Positions 28,451 to 39,863 of a stretch of DNA of 64,000 bases are shown one piece after another. The stretch is from Candidatus Cloacimonadales bacterium (GTDB lineage: Bacteria > Cloacimonadota > Cloacimonadia > Cloacimonadales > JAFGVF01). A program made the position numbers and the translations under genes. Within the stretch, counting starts at the first letter, position 1. Every line of letters begins with the position of its first letter. The notes below the pieces were generated by a model. That model saw only the letters and a list, made by a program, of their open reading frames with translations, was not told the DNA's origin and searched no databases. The stretch lies in the NCBI GenBank assembly GCA_963662585.1, contig OY759729.1, positions 2,048,001-2,112,000 on the forward strand, in the 5' to 3' direction.

Positions 28451-29734
28451 ATGATTAAAAAAGAAGAGATAATTTCAATTTTAAGAACAGATATTACCCC
28501 TGCTCAAGGGTGTACTGAACCAGTTGCAATAGCCTTAGCTACTGCTTATGTAACAAGCGTGCTGACCGAAAAAATCACTAAGATTGAGGTGTACCTAAGT
28601 CAGAATATCCTAAAAAATGCTCTTGGAGTTGGAATTCCTGGCACTAAGGAAAGAGGAATTAAAATGGCAATTGCTCTTGGTGCTGTGGCAGGTTTACCTG
28701 AACTTCAACTTGAAGTGCTTCAACATGTTGATGAAGAAAATATCAAAGATGCGAAAGCTATGATAAACCAGGATATGATTGAAGTTAAATTGAGTGATAA
28801 TAATGAATTATTCTGGATTGAAGTTATAGCTTTTTCTGAAAATCATAAAGCAACTGCTATTATGCAAGGTAAACATACTAATCTCTATAAACTAACTGTA
28901 GATGATATGATTTTGCAGGAAAATGAGAGAATAGAAGCAATCACAAAAAGTGACGATATTAGAAAAAGAATGCAGGTTGCAGATATCTATCAAGCTGTTT
29001 TAGAAGCTAATGAAAGTGATTTAGAATTCCTAGAAGAAGTAATAACCAAGAATTTTGAAATTGCTAAATTTGGTATGGATAACAACTCTGGCTATGGAAT
29101 TGCCAAATCAATCCAAGAGAATATTAAAAAAGGTCTCTTCGGTGATGGAATAGTTAACTATGCAACCATGTTAACTGTCGCTGGAAGTGAGGCAAGGATG
29201 AGTGGTTGCTCGTTACCTGCAATGGCTAATTCAGGGAGTGGAAACCAGGGGATTACTTTAACCGTTCCTATGATTGCTCTTTCTGAAAGATTAAATATCG
29301 GAAGATTACAACTACTTCAAGCTGTGGCTATCTCACATCTTACTTCTATTCATGTAAAAAGTTATTTTGGTATTCTCTCAGCTCTTTGCGGAATTGTTAA
29401 TGCTTCGATAGGAATTAGCGCAGGTGCAGTCTTTATTCTTGGTGGAAAACTAAACAACATTGAAGCTGCTATTCAAAATGTAATTGGCGATATTGCTGGT
29501 ATGATCTGTGATGGTGCAAAATTAGGATGCTCACTTAAAGTTGCTACAGGCGTTAGAACAGCCCTTAATAGCGCTATTCTCGGAATGTCCAATATCTGTG
29601 TAAATGATTATGAAGGTATTAATGGCTCTGGAGTTGAAGACTCTTTTAAAAACTTGGGTTCCTTGGTCTTAGGTGGAATGAAAGAAGTAGATAAATCAAT
29701 ACTAAAAGTGATGTTAGATAAAGAAAATAAATAA
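28451..29734 (+). CDS. Serine dehydratase alpha family protein / putative L-cysteine desulfidase (YhaM-like)
   Basis: Motifs GCTEPVAIA, KNALGVGIPG, SEARMSG, NSGSGNQG, LSALCG and GMICDGAKLGCSLK. Confidence 0.82.
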   Translation: MIKKEEIISILRTDITPAQGCTEPVAIALATAYVTSVLTEKITKIEVYLSQNILKNALGVGIPGTKERGIKMAIALGAVAGLPELQLEVLQHVDEENIKDAKAMINQDMIEVKLSDNNELFWIEVIAFSENHKATAIMQGKHTNLYKLTVDDMILQENERIEAITKSDDIRKRMQVADIYQAVLEANESDLEFLEEVITKNFEIAKFGMDNNSGYGIAKSIQENIKKGLFGDGIVNYATMLTVAGSEARMSGCSLPAMANSGSGNQGITLTVPMIALSERLNIGRLQLLQAVAISHLTSIHVKSYFGILSALCGIVNASIGISAGAVFILGGKLNNIEAAIQNVIGDIAGMICDGAKLGCSLKVATGVRTALNSAILGMSNICVNDYEGINGSGVEDSFKNLGSLVLGGMKEVDKSILKVMLDKENK

Positions 29735-29768
29735 TTAAATAATTAAATAAAATAAGTGGAGAAGTAAA

Positions 29769-31787
29769 ATGATTGACTTTGATTACAAAAAAGCTATTAA
29801 AGTAAAATTATCAGATGAATTACCCCCAAAAGCTGAATTTGATCCGGGCAAAAGAAGAGCACCGGATAGAGGACTTAATCTTTCAAAAGTAGAGATTAAA
29901 ATTGCTTTAAAGAATGCCTTGCGTTATATTCCTGAGCATCTACATGAAGAGATTGCTCCTGAATTCTTAGAAGAACTTAGAACTATGGGAAGAATTTATG
30001 GTTATAGATATCGTCCTCAAGGTAAATTGATTGGTAAGCCAATTGATGAATATAAAGGTATTACTCCTGCTCGTGCTATGCAGGTAATGATTGATAATAA
30101 CTTAGATTTTGATATTGCTCTTTATCCTTATGAGTTAGTAACTTATGGAGAGACTGGTCAAATTTTCCAAAACTGGATGCAATATCAATTAATCATAAAA
30201 TATTTAGAAGTTATGACTGAAGATCAAACTTTAGTTGTTGCTTCAGGTCATCCAGTAGGACTTTTCCCTTCTAAACCAGAAGCTCCAAGAGTAATTAACA
30301 CTAATGGCCTAGTAATAGGAAAGTGGGATAATCCTGATGAATTCAAAAGATTAACCGCTCTTGGTGTTGCTAACTATGGTCAGATGACTGCTGGTGGTTG
30401 GATGTATATTGGACCTCAAGGTATTGTGCATGGTACTTATATTACTCTGCTCAATGCTGGAAGAAAATACCTAGGCGTTCCTGAAGATAAAGACTTAAGA
30501 GGGAAAATATTCTTAACTTCAGGTTTGGGTGGAATGTCAGGTGCTCAACCTAAAGCTTGTGAAATTGCAGGTGGAATTTGTGTTGTGGCCGAAGTTGACC
30601 AAAGTAGAATCGAAACCCGCTATGAACAAGGCTGGGTATCTAAAGTTTCAGATAATCTTAATGAGATTAAATCATGGATAGAAGAGTATAGAAAATTAGA
30701 AAAACCAATATCTATTGCTTATCACGGAAATGTTGTGGATTTATTAGAATTCGTAGATTCTCAAAATATTAAAGTGGAATTAGTTTCAGACCAAACTTCT
30801 TGTCATGCTGTTTATGATGGTGGTTATACTCCTGCAGGTATTGATTTTGCAGAGGGAAGAAAACTTATAAAAGAAGACCTTCCTAAATTTAAGCAATTAG
30901 TAGATGAATCACTAATCAGACATTTTGAAGTTTTGAAAAGATTAACTGCTAAAGGTTCTTACTTCTGGGATTATGGTAATAGCTTTATGGCTTCTATCTT
31001 TGATGCTGGTGCTAAAGAAATTGCTAAAAATAACGAAAATACTAATGAAGGATTTATCTGGCCTTCTTATGTTGAAGATATTATGGGTCCAATCTGCTTT
31101 GATAATGGCTACGGACCTTTTAGATGGGTTTGTCTCTCCCGTAAAGATGAAGATTTACGCAAGACAGATCAAATCGCCATGGAATGTATTGACCCTAAAA
31201 GATGTTCCTTAGATAGAGATAACTATCACTGGATTGCTACTGCAGAAGAAAACGCCCTTGTAGTAGGTACTAAAGCAAGAATTCTCTATGCTGATGAAGA
31301 GGGAAGAGTTAAAATCGCTCTTAGATTTAATGAAGCAATCAGGAAAGGACTTATCGGACCTGTTATGTTAGGAAGAGACCATCATGATGTTTCTGGTACT
31401 GACTCTCCATTCAGAGAGACTTCTAATATCTACGATGGAAGTAATGTTATGGCTGATATGGCTACTCACTGTTTTGGTGGTAATATCGCTCGCGGAATGT
31501 CTTTAGTTGTTTTATCTAATGGTGGTGGTGTTGGCGTCGGTCGTTCAATTAACGGCGGAAACGGCATTGTCCTTGATGGTTCAAAAAGAATGGATGAAAT
31601 TATCAAGAGTGCACTTTCTTGGGATGTTATGGGCGGTGTTGCTCGTAGAAACTGGGCTAGAAATGAAAATGCTATCAAAACTTCTAGTCAATGGAATGAG
31701 AAACATGCAGGGGAAGGACATATCACAATTCCATTCTTAGCTGATGATAAATTAATTGACAAATTAGTCGATGAGAAAATAAAATAA
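29769..31787 (+). CDS. hutU: Urocanate hydratase (long 672-aa form)
   Basis: Motifs PYELVTYG, YGQMTAGGWMYIGPQGIVHGT, GLGGMSGAQP, SDQTSCH, GPFRWVC and GRDHHDVSGTDSPFRET. Confidence 0.96.
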   Translation: MIDFDYKKAIKVKLSDELPPKAEFDPGKRRAPDRGLNLSKVEIKIALKNALRYIPEHLHEEIAPEFLEELRTMGRIYGYRYRPQGKLIGKPIDEYKGITPARAMQVMIDNNLDFDIALYPYELVTYGETGQIFQNWMQYQLIIKYLEVMTEDQTLVVASGHPVGLFPSKPEAPRVINTNGLVIGKWDNPDEFKRLTALGVANYGQMTAGGWMYIGPQGIVHGTYITLLNAGRKYLGVPEDKDLRGKIFLTSGLGGMSGAQPKACEIAGGICVVAEVDQSRIETRYEQGWVSKVSDNLNEIKSWIEEYRKLEKPISIAYHGNVVDLLEFVDSQNIKVELVSDQTSCHAVYDGGYTPAGIDFAEGRKLIKEDLPKFKQLVDESLIRHFEVLKRLTAKGSYFWDYGNSFMASIFDAGAKEIAKNNENTNEGFIWPSYVEDIMGPICFDNGYGPFRWVCLSRKDEDLRKTDQIAMECIDPKRCSLDRDNYHWIATAEENALVVGTKARILYADEEGRVKIALRFNEAIRKGLIGPVMLGRDHHDVSGTDSPFRETSNIYDGSNVMADMATHCFGGNIARGMSLVVLSNGGGVGVGRSINGGNGIVLDGSKRMDEIIKSALSWDVMGGVARRNWARNENAIKTSSQWNEKHAGEGHITIPFLADDKLIDKLVDEKIK

Positions 31788-31799
31788 CTTAAATATTAA

Positions 31800-31825
31800 T
31801 AGAGAGTGTAGAAATACACTCTCTA
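31800..31825 (+). terminator. Hairpin/terminator after hutU
   Basis: TAGAGAGTGTA-gaaa-TACACTCTCTA. The T tract is weak. Confidence 0.55.
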
Positions 31826-31927
31826 CTTAATCCCGATGGGATAAAAATATAATAATAGAATTAATAAAAAATCAGTCAATTTGCTTAGACTGATAAGATT
31901 TAAAAAATTGGATTTTAACTAGGAGTC

Positions 31928-33298
31928 ATGATGGATAAAAATATTGAAGCATTTGAAAAAATAATGAGAGAAGCTAACTTAAACGAAGATGTAATTAATA
32001 ATTTCATTAAATACTATTCTCAACTTAAAGATGGAAATACTGGCAAGCTTTCCCAAGATATTATCGAAGCTCCTAATCGACTCAATTTGGTAAACTACGA
32101 TACCCTTACTAAACAAGATAATGAATTGCTAAACGAACTGGCTGTAATTAAACTTAATGGTGGTTTAGGGACTAGTATGGGCTTAAATAAAGCCAAATCT
32201 CTACTTCCTGTTAAAGGAGAAATGACCTTTTTAGATATTCTGTCAAATCAGATTATCACGCTAAGAGAAAAATATCAATCAAGAATTCCTTTAATCTTTA
32301 TGAACAGTTTTAAAACTCAAGATGATACCTTAGATCTTCTAGCAAACTATAAAAAACTAAAAAGTGGAGATTTAGAATTAGACTTTCTCCAAAATAAATA
32401 TCCCCGAGTTAGGCAAGATAACTTTATGCCCCTTAGTTTAGAAGATGATGAGGAAAATTGGAATCCACCAGGACATGGAGATATCTACTCTGCTCTTTAC
32501 TCGTCAGGTTTACTAGATAAACTCATTAATAGTGGCTATAACTATGCTTTTATTTCTAATTCAGATAATCTTGGGGCAGTTGTAGATCCCTTAATTCTTA
32601 CCTATATGGTCAAGCATGATGTTCCTTTTATTATGGAAGTCTGTCGTAGAACTGAAATGGATAAGAAGGGTGGACACCTTGCCCAAACTAAAGATGGAAA
32701 ACTAATTCTCCGAGAAGTAGCTCAATGTCCTGAAGAAGAGATAGAGGAATTTCAAGATATTAAAAAATATAGTTTCTTTAATACTAATAACTTATGGATA
32801 AATCTAAAGCATCTCAAGAAAATCCTTTTTGAAAATAATAACTTTGTAGATTTACCTATAATCATTAATCCCAAAGTTGTTGCTGATATCCCTGTATATC
32901 AAATTGAAACTGCTATGGGAGCTGCTATTAGTGTATTTGAAAATGCTAAAGCTATTGTTGTCCCTCGCTCAAGATTTGCTCCTGTCAAAAAGACTAATGA
33001 TCTTCTCCTAATCTGGTCTGATGTCTATAAACTAAATAGCGAATACCAAATAGTTTTAACTGAAGGCTTAGACAAAGCTCCAACTATAGAATTGGATTCA
33101 GAATTCTACAAAACAGTAGAACAGCTTAAAACACATTTCAAAGAAGTGCCATCCTTAATTCAATGTAATAGCCTCAAAGTTCAAGGCAATATTAACTTTG
33201 GTAAAGATGTTGTGATTGTTGGCGATGTTGTAATTCGAAGTGAAGAAAAAGAAAGAATATCAGATGCGATTATCAATAATGAAGAATTCACTTTTTAA
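31928..33298 (+). CDS. UTP--glucose-1-phosphate uridylyltransferase (eukaryote-type UDPGP family)
   Basis: Motifs KLNGGLGTSMG, PLIFMNSF, WNPPGHGD, ISNSDNLGA, KGG, FNTNNLW, ETAMGAAI and RFAPVK, plus a short C-terminal beta-helix. Confidence 0.92.
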   Translation: MMDKNIEAFEKIMREANLNEDVINNFIKYYSQLKDGNTGKLSQDIIEAPNRLNLVNYDTLTKQDNELLNELAVIKLNGGLGTSMGLNKAKSLLPVKGEMTFLDILSNQIITLREKYQSRIPLIFMNSFKTQDDTLDLLANYKKLKSGDLELDFLQNKYPRVRQDNFMPLSLEDDEENWNPPGHGDIYSALYSSGLLDKLINSGYNYAFISNSDNLGAVVDPLILTYMVKHDVPFIMEVCRRTEMDKKGGHLAQTKDGKLILREVAQCPEEEIEEFQDIKKYSFFNTNNLWINLKHLKKILFENNNFVDLPIIINPKVVADIPVYQIETAMGAAISVFENAKAIVVPRSRFAPVKKTNDLLLIWSDVYKLNSEYQIVLTEGLDKAPTIELDSEFYKTVEQLKTHFKEVPSLIQCNSLKVQGNINFGKDVVIVGDVVIRSEEKERISDAIINNEEFTF

Positions 33299-33322
33299 CT
33301 AAATCTTATAATGTGAGGAAAT

Positions 33323-33715
33323 ATGCCTTTATTAATAATTACTCCTGAAGAAATTACTGAAAGACTGACTAAAGTCCCTAATATTCCAGAGATAATAAAA
33401 GATTACTCTATTAAAGAAAATACTTTTAGGGTTGAATTGAAGATCGAAAAGATACCAATGGATATTAAAATTAATCTAAAATATGACTCCTATACTACTG
33501 GAATGATTTTATTCTCATACTCCTGTAATATTCCTAAAATCTTTCTTAACCTGCTTAAAGGAATTATTAACGATAGAACAAAAGGGATTATCACTATAGA
33601 AGATGATTTTATTAAAATGAACTCTGGTCAGCTAATCCAAGGTTATGGCTTTAGTGTGGAAATTAAAAATATTAACTTTGAACATGGATTCTATAAAATA
33701 GATTTTGCTCTTTAG
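33323..33715 (+). CDS. Hypothetical protein
   Basis: 130-aa ORF with a gagga RBS, directly after the UGPase gene. No recognised motif. Confidence 0.6.
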   Translation: MPLLIITPEEITERLTKVPNIPEIIKDYSIKENTFRVELKIEKIPMDIKINLKYDSYTTGMILFSYSCNIPKIFLNLLKGIINDRTKGIITIEDDFIKMNSGQLIQGYGFSVEIKNINFEHGFYKIDFAL

Positions 33716-33893
33716 TTAATTTAACTTTTCTATTTTTAAGCTTATTCAACTTGAAAAATTAATTCGTTGAATAAGCTTATTCTTTTATACAAAGCTACTT
33801 TTTTCCCTATAATATTGCTCTTTTTTTCTCAAATCAAGTAAAAAATAGAATTTTTTTGAAATAGTATTTGACAAAATTTCATATTATGTTTTT

Positions 33894-33920
33894 TTAGCAA
33901 ACATATAATATGAGTGCTAA
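33894..33920 (+). promoter_or_regulatory. CIRCE-like (HrcA) operator upstream of groEL
   Basis: TTAGCAAAC-N9-GAGTGCTAA against the consensus TTAGCACTC-N9-GAGTGCTAA (right arm perfect, left arm 7/9). TTGACA at 33868. Confidence 0.85.
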
Positions 33921-33944
33921 ATTAAAAAATAAAACAAAATTTAA

Positions 33945-35603
<1,659 letters not shown>

Positions 35604-35629
35604 TCAATAAAAACTAATAAATAATAATA

Positions 35630-35659
35630 GAAACGGAGACTTAGCTAAGTCTCCGTTTT
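35630..35659 (+). terminator. Intrinsic terminator after groEL
   Basis: AAACGGAGACTTAGCTAAGTCTCCGTTTT. Confidence 0.75.
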
Positions 35660-35676
35660 CATTATAATAGGCACTT

Positions 35677-35886
35677 GTTCAAGTCTAGTGGAAGTAAGTC
35701 TATTTTAAAACCCAGATGCACCATTCTACCAGCTGCAGAGGCAGCGAAATCTTTGTAGACAAACAGATGCCAAACAATTCCATAAGCTCCAGAGGAGCGA
35801 CACAAAAAGCCTTAGATGTACCACTCCTCTGGAGCTATGAGGATTTTGAAGCTTCTTGATTCACTATTATACCACCAGACTTGAAC
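35677..35886. mobile_element. Putative non-autonomous REPIN/MITE-like element (about 210 bp)
   Basis: 15-bp terminal inverted repeat GTTCAAGTCT(A/G)GTGG with 1 mismatch. It encloses GCTGCAGAGGCAGC, GCTCCAGAGGAGC and CTCCTCTGGAGC hairpins that match the repeats around the transposase at 63.4 kb. Confidence 0.55.
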
Positions 35887-35897
35887 TAGAACTATTT

Positions 35898-36332
35898 CTA
35901 TTTTACCAATTCAAATTCAACTTTTGTTGTGTTCTGCATATTGTCTGAGATCGGACAGCGTGCATCTACTTCATGTAAGAAAGCTTCTTTTTCTGCATCT
36001 GTCATATCTGCATCAATTTCTACAAAAGCTTTCATCCACTGGAAACCAGCCCTAACATCACAGCATTTACCCATTAAAACATCTACATCTAATTCACCCT
36101 CTACCCTAACATTACATGCTTTTAGATCAATTCTTTTTTGCTTAGCTATAATGAGAGCAATACTACCAATACAACCTGCTAAAGAACTAAAAAAGAACTC
36201 TAAAGGGGTAGGACCTAAGTCATCACCACCACCTGCTTTGGGTTGGTCAATGATAAACTTATGATCTCTAACTTTTACTTCAATTGCCATATTACTCTGT
36301 AATCTTGATTCAACTATTACTTTCTTTAACAT
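35898..36332 (-). CDS. OsmC family protein
   Basis: DQPKAGGGDDLGPTPLE...SLAGC and RCPISD give the two conserved Cys. Confidence 0.9.
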   Translation of the reverse strand: MLKKVIVESRLQSNMAIEVKVRDHKFIIDQPKAGGGDDLGPTPLEFFFSSLAGCIGSIALIIAKQKRIDLKACNVRVEGELDVDVLMGKCCDVRAGFQWMKAFVEIDADMTDAEKEAFLHEVDARCPISDNMQNTTKVEFELVK

Positions 36333-36361
36333 ATTTCAATTCTCCGAATGTTTTTTTAGGT

Positions 36362-36387
36362 AAAAAAAAACGCCTCCGAAGAGGCGT
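36362..36387 (-). terminator. Intrinsic terminator after the CTD-bearing protein gene
   Basis: On the minus strand, ACGCCTC-ttcg-GAGGCGT followed by T9. Confidence 0.75.
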
Positions 36388-36408
36388 CAAGTAAAACTTA
36401 TTTTTAAC

Positions 36409-37470
36409 TTATTTCATCAAAAGCATCTTTTTGAATTCAACAAAGTTACCAGATTTCATCTTAGTGTAATATACACCTGAAGCAACTTCTTTACCATTGT
36501 TATCTTTACCATGCCAAAGAACATCTATTCTCTGATTAATCATATTAGCAGATACATTGGAATTATAAAGATTCTTTACTAATTGACCCTTGATATTGAA
36601 AATATTAATAGTTACAGGTCCTGGATTAGCAACTGAGAAACTAACAGAAGTTGAAGGATTGAATGGGTTTGGATAGTTACCAATCAATTGATTACCGAAA
36701 GCTACTGGTATTGTTTCTCCACCTGTAGGATTTCCAACTTTAACCATTGTAGGACCAAACAACTCAGTTTCTAAAGAAAATTCTACACTCTGCAACCAAT
36801 AATAATAGATATTATTTGTTGTAACTTCTCTATCTGTAAAAGTATAGCTATGCTCTTGAGCACTATTTGTTGCATTGATAAATGCTGGGATCATAAGAGC
36901 TGAGTCAATGTTATTTTCTAAACCTCTAATGATGAAATACCCAGAGATATTTGTCTCTGATTGAACTGTCCAATTGATATTCACGAAATCTTCAGCAGTA
37001 GCTACTGCATCGAAGGCTGAAAGCTCGACAGGGAGGGTTGGGTCTATATAAAACTCTTCATTAGAGTTAATCGAATTTGAAGTTGTTGGAGGCCAAGATG
37101 ATTTCTTAATGGCAAAGTTAACAAACATCTTAGTATCAGATACACTTTCTCCAGTGAGTTCAGGCATTACAAATGTTACTGACCTGGTTACATTGGTACC
37201 AGTAGCACTATCAAAACTTGAAATTGCCGGTTGTAAGGGGTGAACATCTCCCCCAGGTTTAAAAGTTAATAAATAAAAATCTATAACAGATAATGTACCA
37301 GTTATACCTTCTGTACTATAAGTAAATTCAACTTTACCTGTACTCCCTTGAGGAATATAAGAACTAACGCCATCATTATTTGATAATGTGGCACTATGTA
37401 TTGTTATTATCTGCCCAAAAGCCATCCCCACGGCCAATATCAAAATCATCATCACAAAAACTTTTTTCAT
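36409..37470 (-). CDS. Secreted protein with FlgD-Ig / T9SS-type C-terminal domain
   Basis: Signal peptide, PTLPVELSAF...W...SETN..G...Y.F.D...YYYWL module, and NYPNPFNP...WHGKD...ASGVYY...KKMLLMK. Confidence 0.85.
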   Translation of the reverse strand: MKKVFVMMILILAVGMAFGQIITIHSATLSNNDGVSSYIPQGSTGKVEFTYSTEGITGTLSVIDFYLLTFKPGGDVHPLQPAISSFDSATGTNVTRSVTFVMPELTGESVSDTKMFVNFAIKKSSWPPTTSNSINSNEEFYIDPTLPVELSAFDAVATAEDFVNINWTVQSETNISGYFIIRGLENNIDSALMIPAFINATNSAQEHSYTFTDREVTTNNIYYYWLQSVEFSLETELFGPTMVKVGNPTGGETIPVAFGNQLIGNYPNPFNPSTSVSFSVANPGPVTINIFNIKGQLVKNLYNSNVSANMINQRIDVLWHGKDNNGKEVASGVYYTKMKSGNFVEFKKMLLMK

Positions 37471-37722
37471 ACTTCCTCCTTATTTTAGGTATATGAATAA
37501 ATTATTATTTTTTATTATTAAATTTCTCTCCATTCCATAATACAAAGTTAATTATAATGGCTTTGGATATTTTGTCAAGTTATAAAAAAGATATTTTGAA
37601 TAAATATAATTAGTTAAATTATTAAAGGAGCATAGTGTCCTAAGATATGCTGTAATATAAGGATAATAGCGCGACTTCTTAAATAAGATAAAATAAATAA
37701 AAAAAAGAACTTGACAAGAATA

Positions 37723-37744
37723 GTGTGCTACACAAGTATAACAC
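37723..37744. promoter_or_regulatory. Putative GntR (YtrA-type) operator
   Basis: Imperfect palindrome GTGTGCTAC-acaa-GTATAACAC between TTGACA (37711) and the gntR RBS. Confidence 0.55.
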
Positions 37745-37760
37745 CATAAGAGGTGATATT

Positions 37761-38132
37761 ATGAAAAAATTTCGTGATGACCAACCAATTTATCTTCAGA
37801 TAAAGGGAGAGATTGAGGAAGCAATAATAGCTAAGAGAATAGCAGAGGGTGAGCAGATATTGTCGATAAGAGCTCTATCGACAGAGTATCGGGTTAATCC
37901 AATTACTATTAGTAATGCATATTCTGAATTAGAGGCTTCTAATATAATCTATAAGAAGAGAGGACTTGGTTTTTTTGTAAAAGAAGGAGCACGGAACATG
38001 TTAATCAGAGAGAAGCGATATGAGTTTATACAGAAAGATTTAAAAACTATAGTAGATAAGGCTAGGATAGTCGATATTGATTTACAGGTTATCATAGCAG
38101 AGTTGCAGAAACTTTTTGCAGAGGAGAAGTAA
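37761..38132 (+). CDS. GntR family transcriptional regulator (YtrA subfamily)
   Basis: PIYLQI...SIRALS..YRVNPITISNAYSELE...KKRGLGFFV with a short C-terminus, heading an ABC operon. ATG 37761 follows gaggtg. Confidence 0.9.
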   Translation: MKKFRDDQPIYLQIKGEIEEAIIAKRIAEGEQILSIRALSTEYRVNPITISNAYSELEASNIIYKKRGLGFFVKEGARNMLIREKRYEFIQKDLKTIVDKARIVDIDLQVIIAELQKLFAEEK

Positions 38133-38983
38133 TGGAGTTAGTAAAAGTAGCTAATGTTACGAAAAAGTACAAAGATCTTTTGGCTTTGGATCATGTAAAC
38201 ACTGAGGTTAATAAAGGTAGGATAGTCGGCTTAGTTGGTAAAAACGGTGCTGGAAAATCTACTTTAATGAAGTGTATAATAGGTTTCACCAAGTGTGAAG
38301 GTGAGATTTTCATTAACGGAGAGCAGATTAAATATATGGAACATAAAATATTTGAAGATACTGCTTTCATTCCCGATATTAATAGTCTAGATGGAAGATT
38401 CACCGTAAAAGCTTTTATTAAGTTTTTCAAGGGAGTTCATCCTAAGTTTAATGAAGAGAGGTTTGAAAAACTCTTTGCTGCAAGTAATTTGCCATTGGAT
38501 AAGAAGATTAGCAAATTATCTAAGGGTATGAAGACAAAGTTGTATTTAATTTTGATTTTGGCCTTAGATGTCAGTTTTTTAATTCTAGATGAACCTACTT
38601 TAGGGCTAGATATAGTATATCGTAATGAATTCTATAACACTATTTTAAGTTCATTTTATAATGAAGAGAGAACAGTGCTCATATCTACCCATCAAGTGGA
38701 AGAAATCGAACACATTCTCCATGATTTAATAATTATAGACCAGGGTAAAATTCTAACAAATGATACTCTAGATAATCTCTTAACTTATTATAAGTTAATA
38801 ACTATTGATGCAAAAGATAGGGATAAGTTAAAAGATATCCCGCATAAAGTCGTTACTGAAGGTTTAAGTGCTATTGAAGTAGTAGTTCCTCGAAAAGCGA
38901 ACATTACCGGTTTCAAGGAAGCAATTCCTAACTTAGCCCATATATTCTTATATACTTTGGAGAATTCAAATGAAACAGTTTAA
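38132..38983 (+). CDS. ABC transporter ATP-binding protein
   Basis: Motifs GKNGAGKST, LSKGM, LILDEPT and ISTH. Confidence 0.93.
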   Translation: MELVKVANVTKKYKDLLALDHVNTEVNKGRIVGLVGKNGAGKSTLMKCIIGFTKCEGEIFINGEQIKYMEHKIFEDTAFIPDINSLDGRFTVKAFIKFFKGVHPKFNEERFEKLFAASNLPLDKKISKLSKGMKTKLYLILILALDVSFLILDEPTLGLDIVYRNEFYNTILSSFYNEERTVLISTHQVEEIEHILHDLIIIDQGKILTNDTLDNLLTYYKLITIDAKDRDKLKDIPHKVVTEGLSAIEVVVPRKANITGFKEAIPNLAHIFLYTLENSNETV

Positions 38984-39854
38984 AAGTCTTTTAACAAGAG
39001 ATATATATCTTAACAAGTGGAGTCTTCTCTTACCCTTTATAGTTGTAGCTTTGTGTTATTTATTAATAATAATAATTGATATGCGTTGGGGAATAGATTT
39101 AGCTAATATAAATTATCAAATGGAAGGGGCTAAGAATATTCCTTTCATGGGATTGATAGGAGTTGTGATTGGTAATATTTGGTTAAGTGGAGCTTTGTTG
39201 TCTTTGGTGGTTTTGGTTATTATGACACCGAATGCCTTAAATGATAATATTAAGAATCACTGTGAAATATTCTACAAATGTCTTCCTATTCCACCTTGGA
39301 AAGTCGTAGCATCAAAAGTAGTATCTTGCATGTTAATCCCCTTAGCGATAGTATTAAGTCTTGCTTTTCTAAATACAGGAATTGCTTACTTATTTTTGGG
39401 TAAAACAAGTGTAATATCATTAGCTACTTTACTTAGATTTACTTTCTCGACAATGGTATTTTCTGTACCTTACCTTATGTTATTTGGTTCATTTTTTATT
39501 TTTCTATCTGGTATTCTTAGAAAGAAAGTATTCGTTAGATTCATAGGAGTTCTTTTTGGAGCCAACATAGTGATTCAGATCTTTAAGTCACTTTCGGGGA
39601 TACAGATTAAAACATTATCTGAATATATTAACTTATGGTTATTGAATCCTTCATTTACAGGTTCAAGCATTATTGATGTTGATAAGTTAGTAAATGGCTT
39701 TATGAATAAGATGACTTTAGATAGTGGAATACAAGAAGTGAGTAATTTGATTGCTAGTAGTATTTTTAGTTGGGATGGATTTTGTTTAGTGATAACTTCG
39801 GTTATATTATTGACAGGTTCAGTTTATGCATATAAATTTAGAAAATTAGATTAG
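38970..39854 (+). CDS. ABC-2 type permease-like membrane protein
   Basis: About six hydrophobic segments and the motif FYKCLPIP...VASK. Overlaps the end of the ATPase gene. Confidence 0.75.
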   Translation: MKQFKSLLTRDIYLNKWSLLLPFIVVALCYLLIIIIDMRWGIDLANINYQMEGAKNIPFMGLIGVVIGNIWLSGALLSLVVLVIMTPNALNDNIKNHCEIFYKCLPIPPWKVVASKVVSCMLIPLAIVLSLAFLNTGIAYLFLGKTSVISLATLLRFTFSTMVFSVPYLMLFGSFFIFLSGILRKKVFVRFIGVLFGANIVIQIFKSLSGIQIKTLSEYINLWLLNPSFTGSSIIDVDKLVNGFMNKMTLDSGIQEVSNLIASSIFSWDGFCLVITSVILLTGSVYAYKFRKLD

Positions 39855-39863
39855 GAGAGAATT

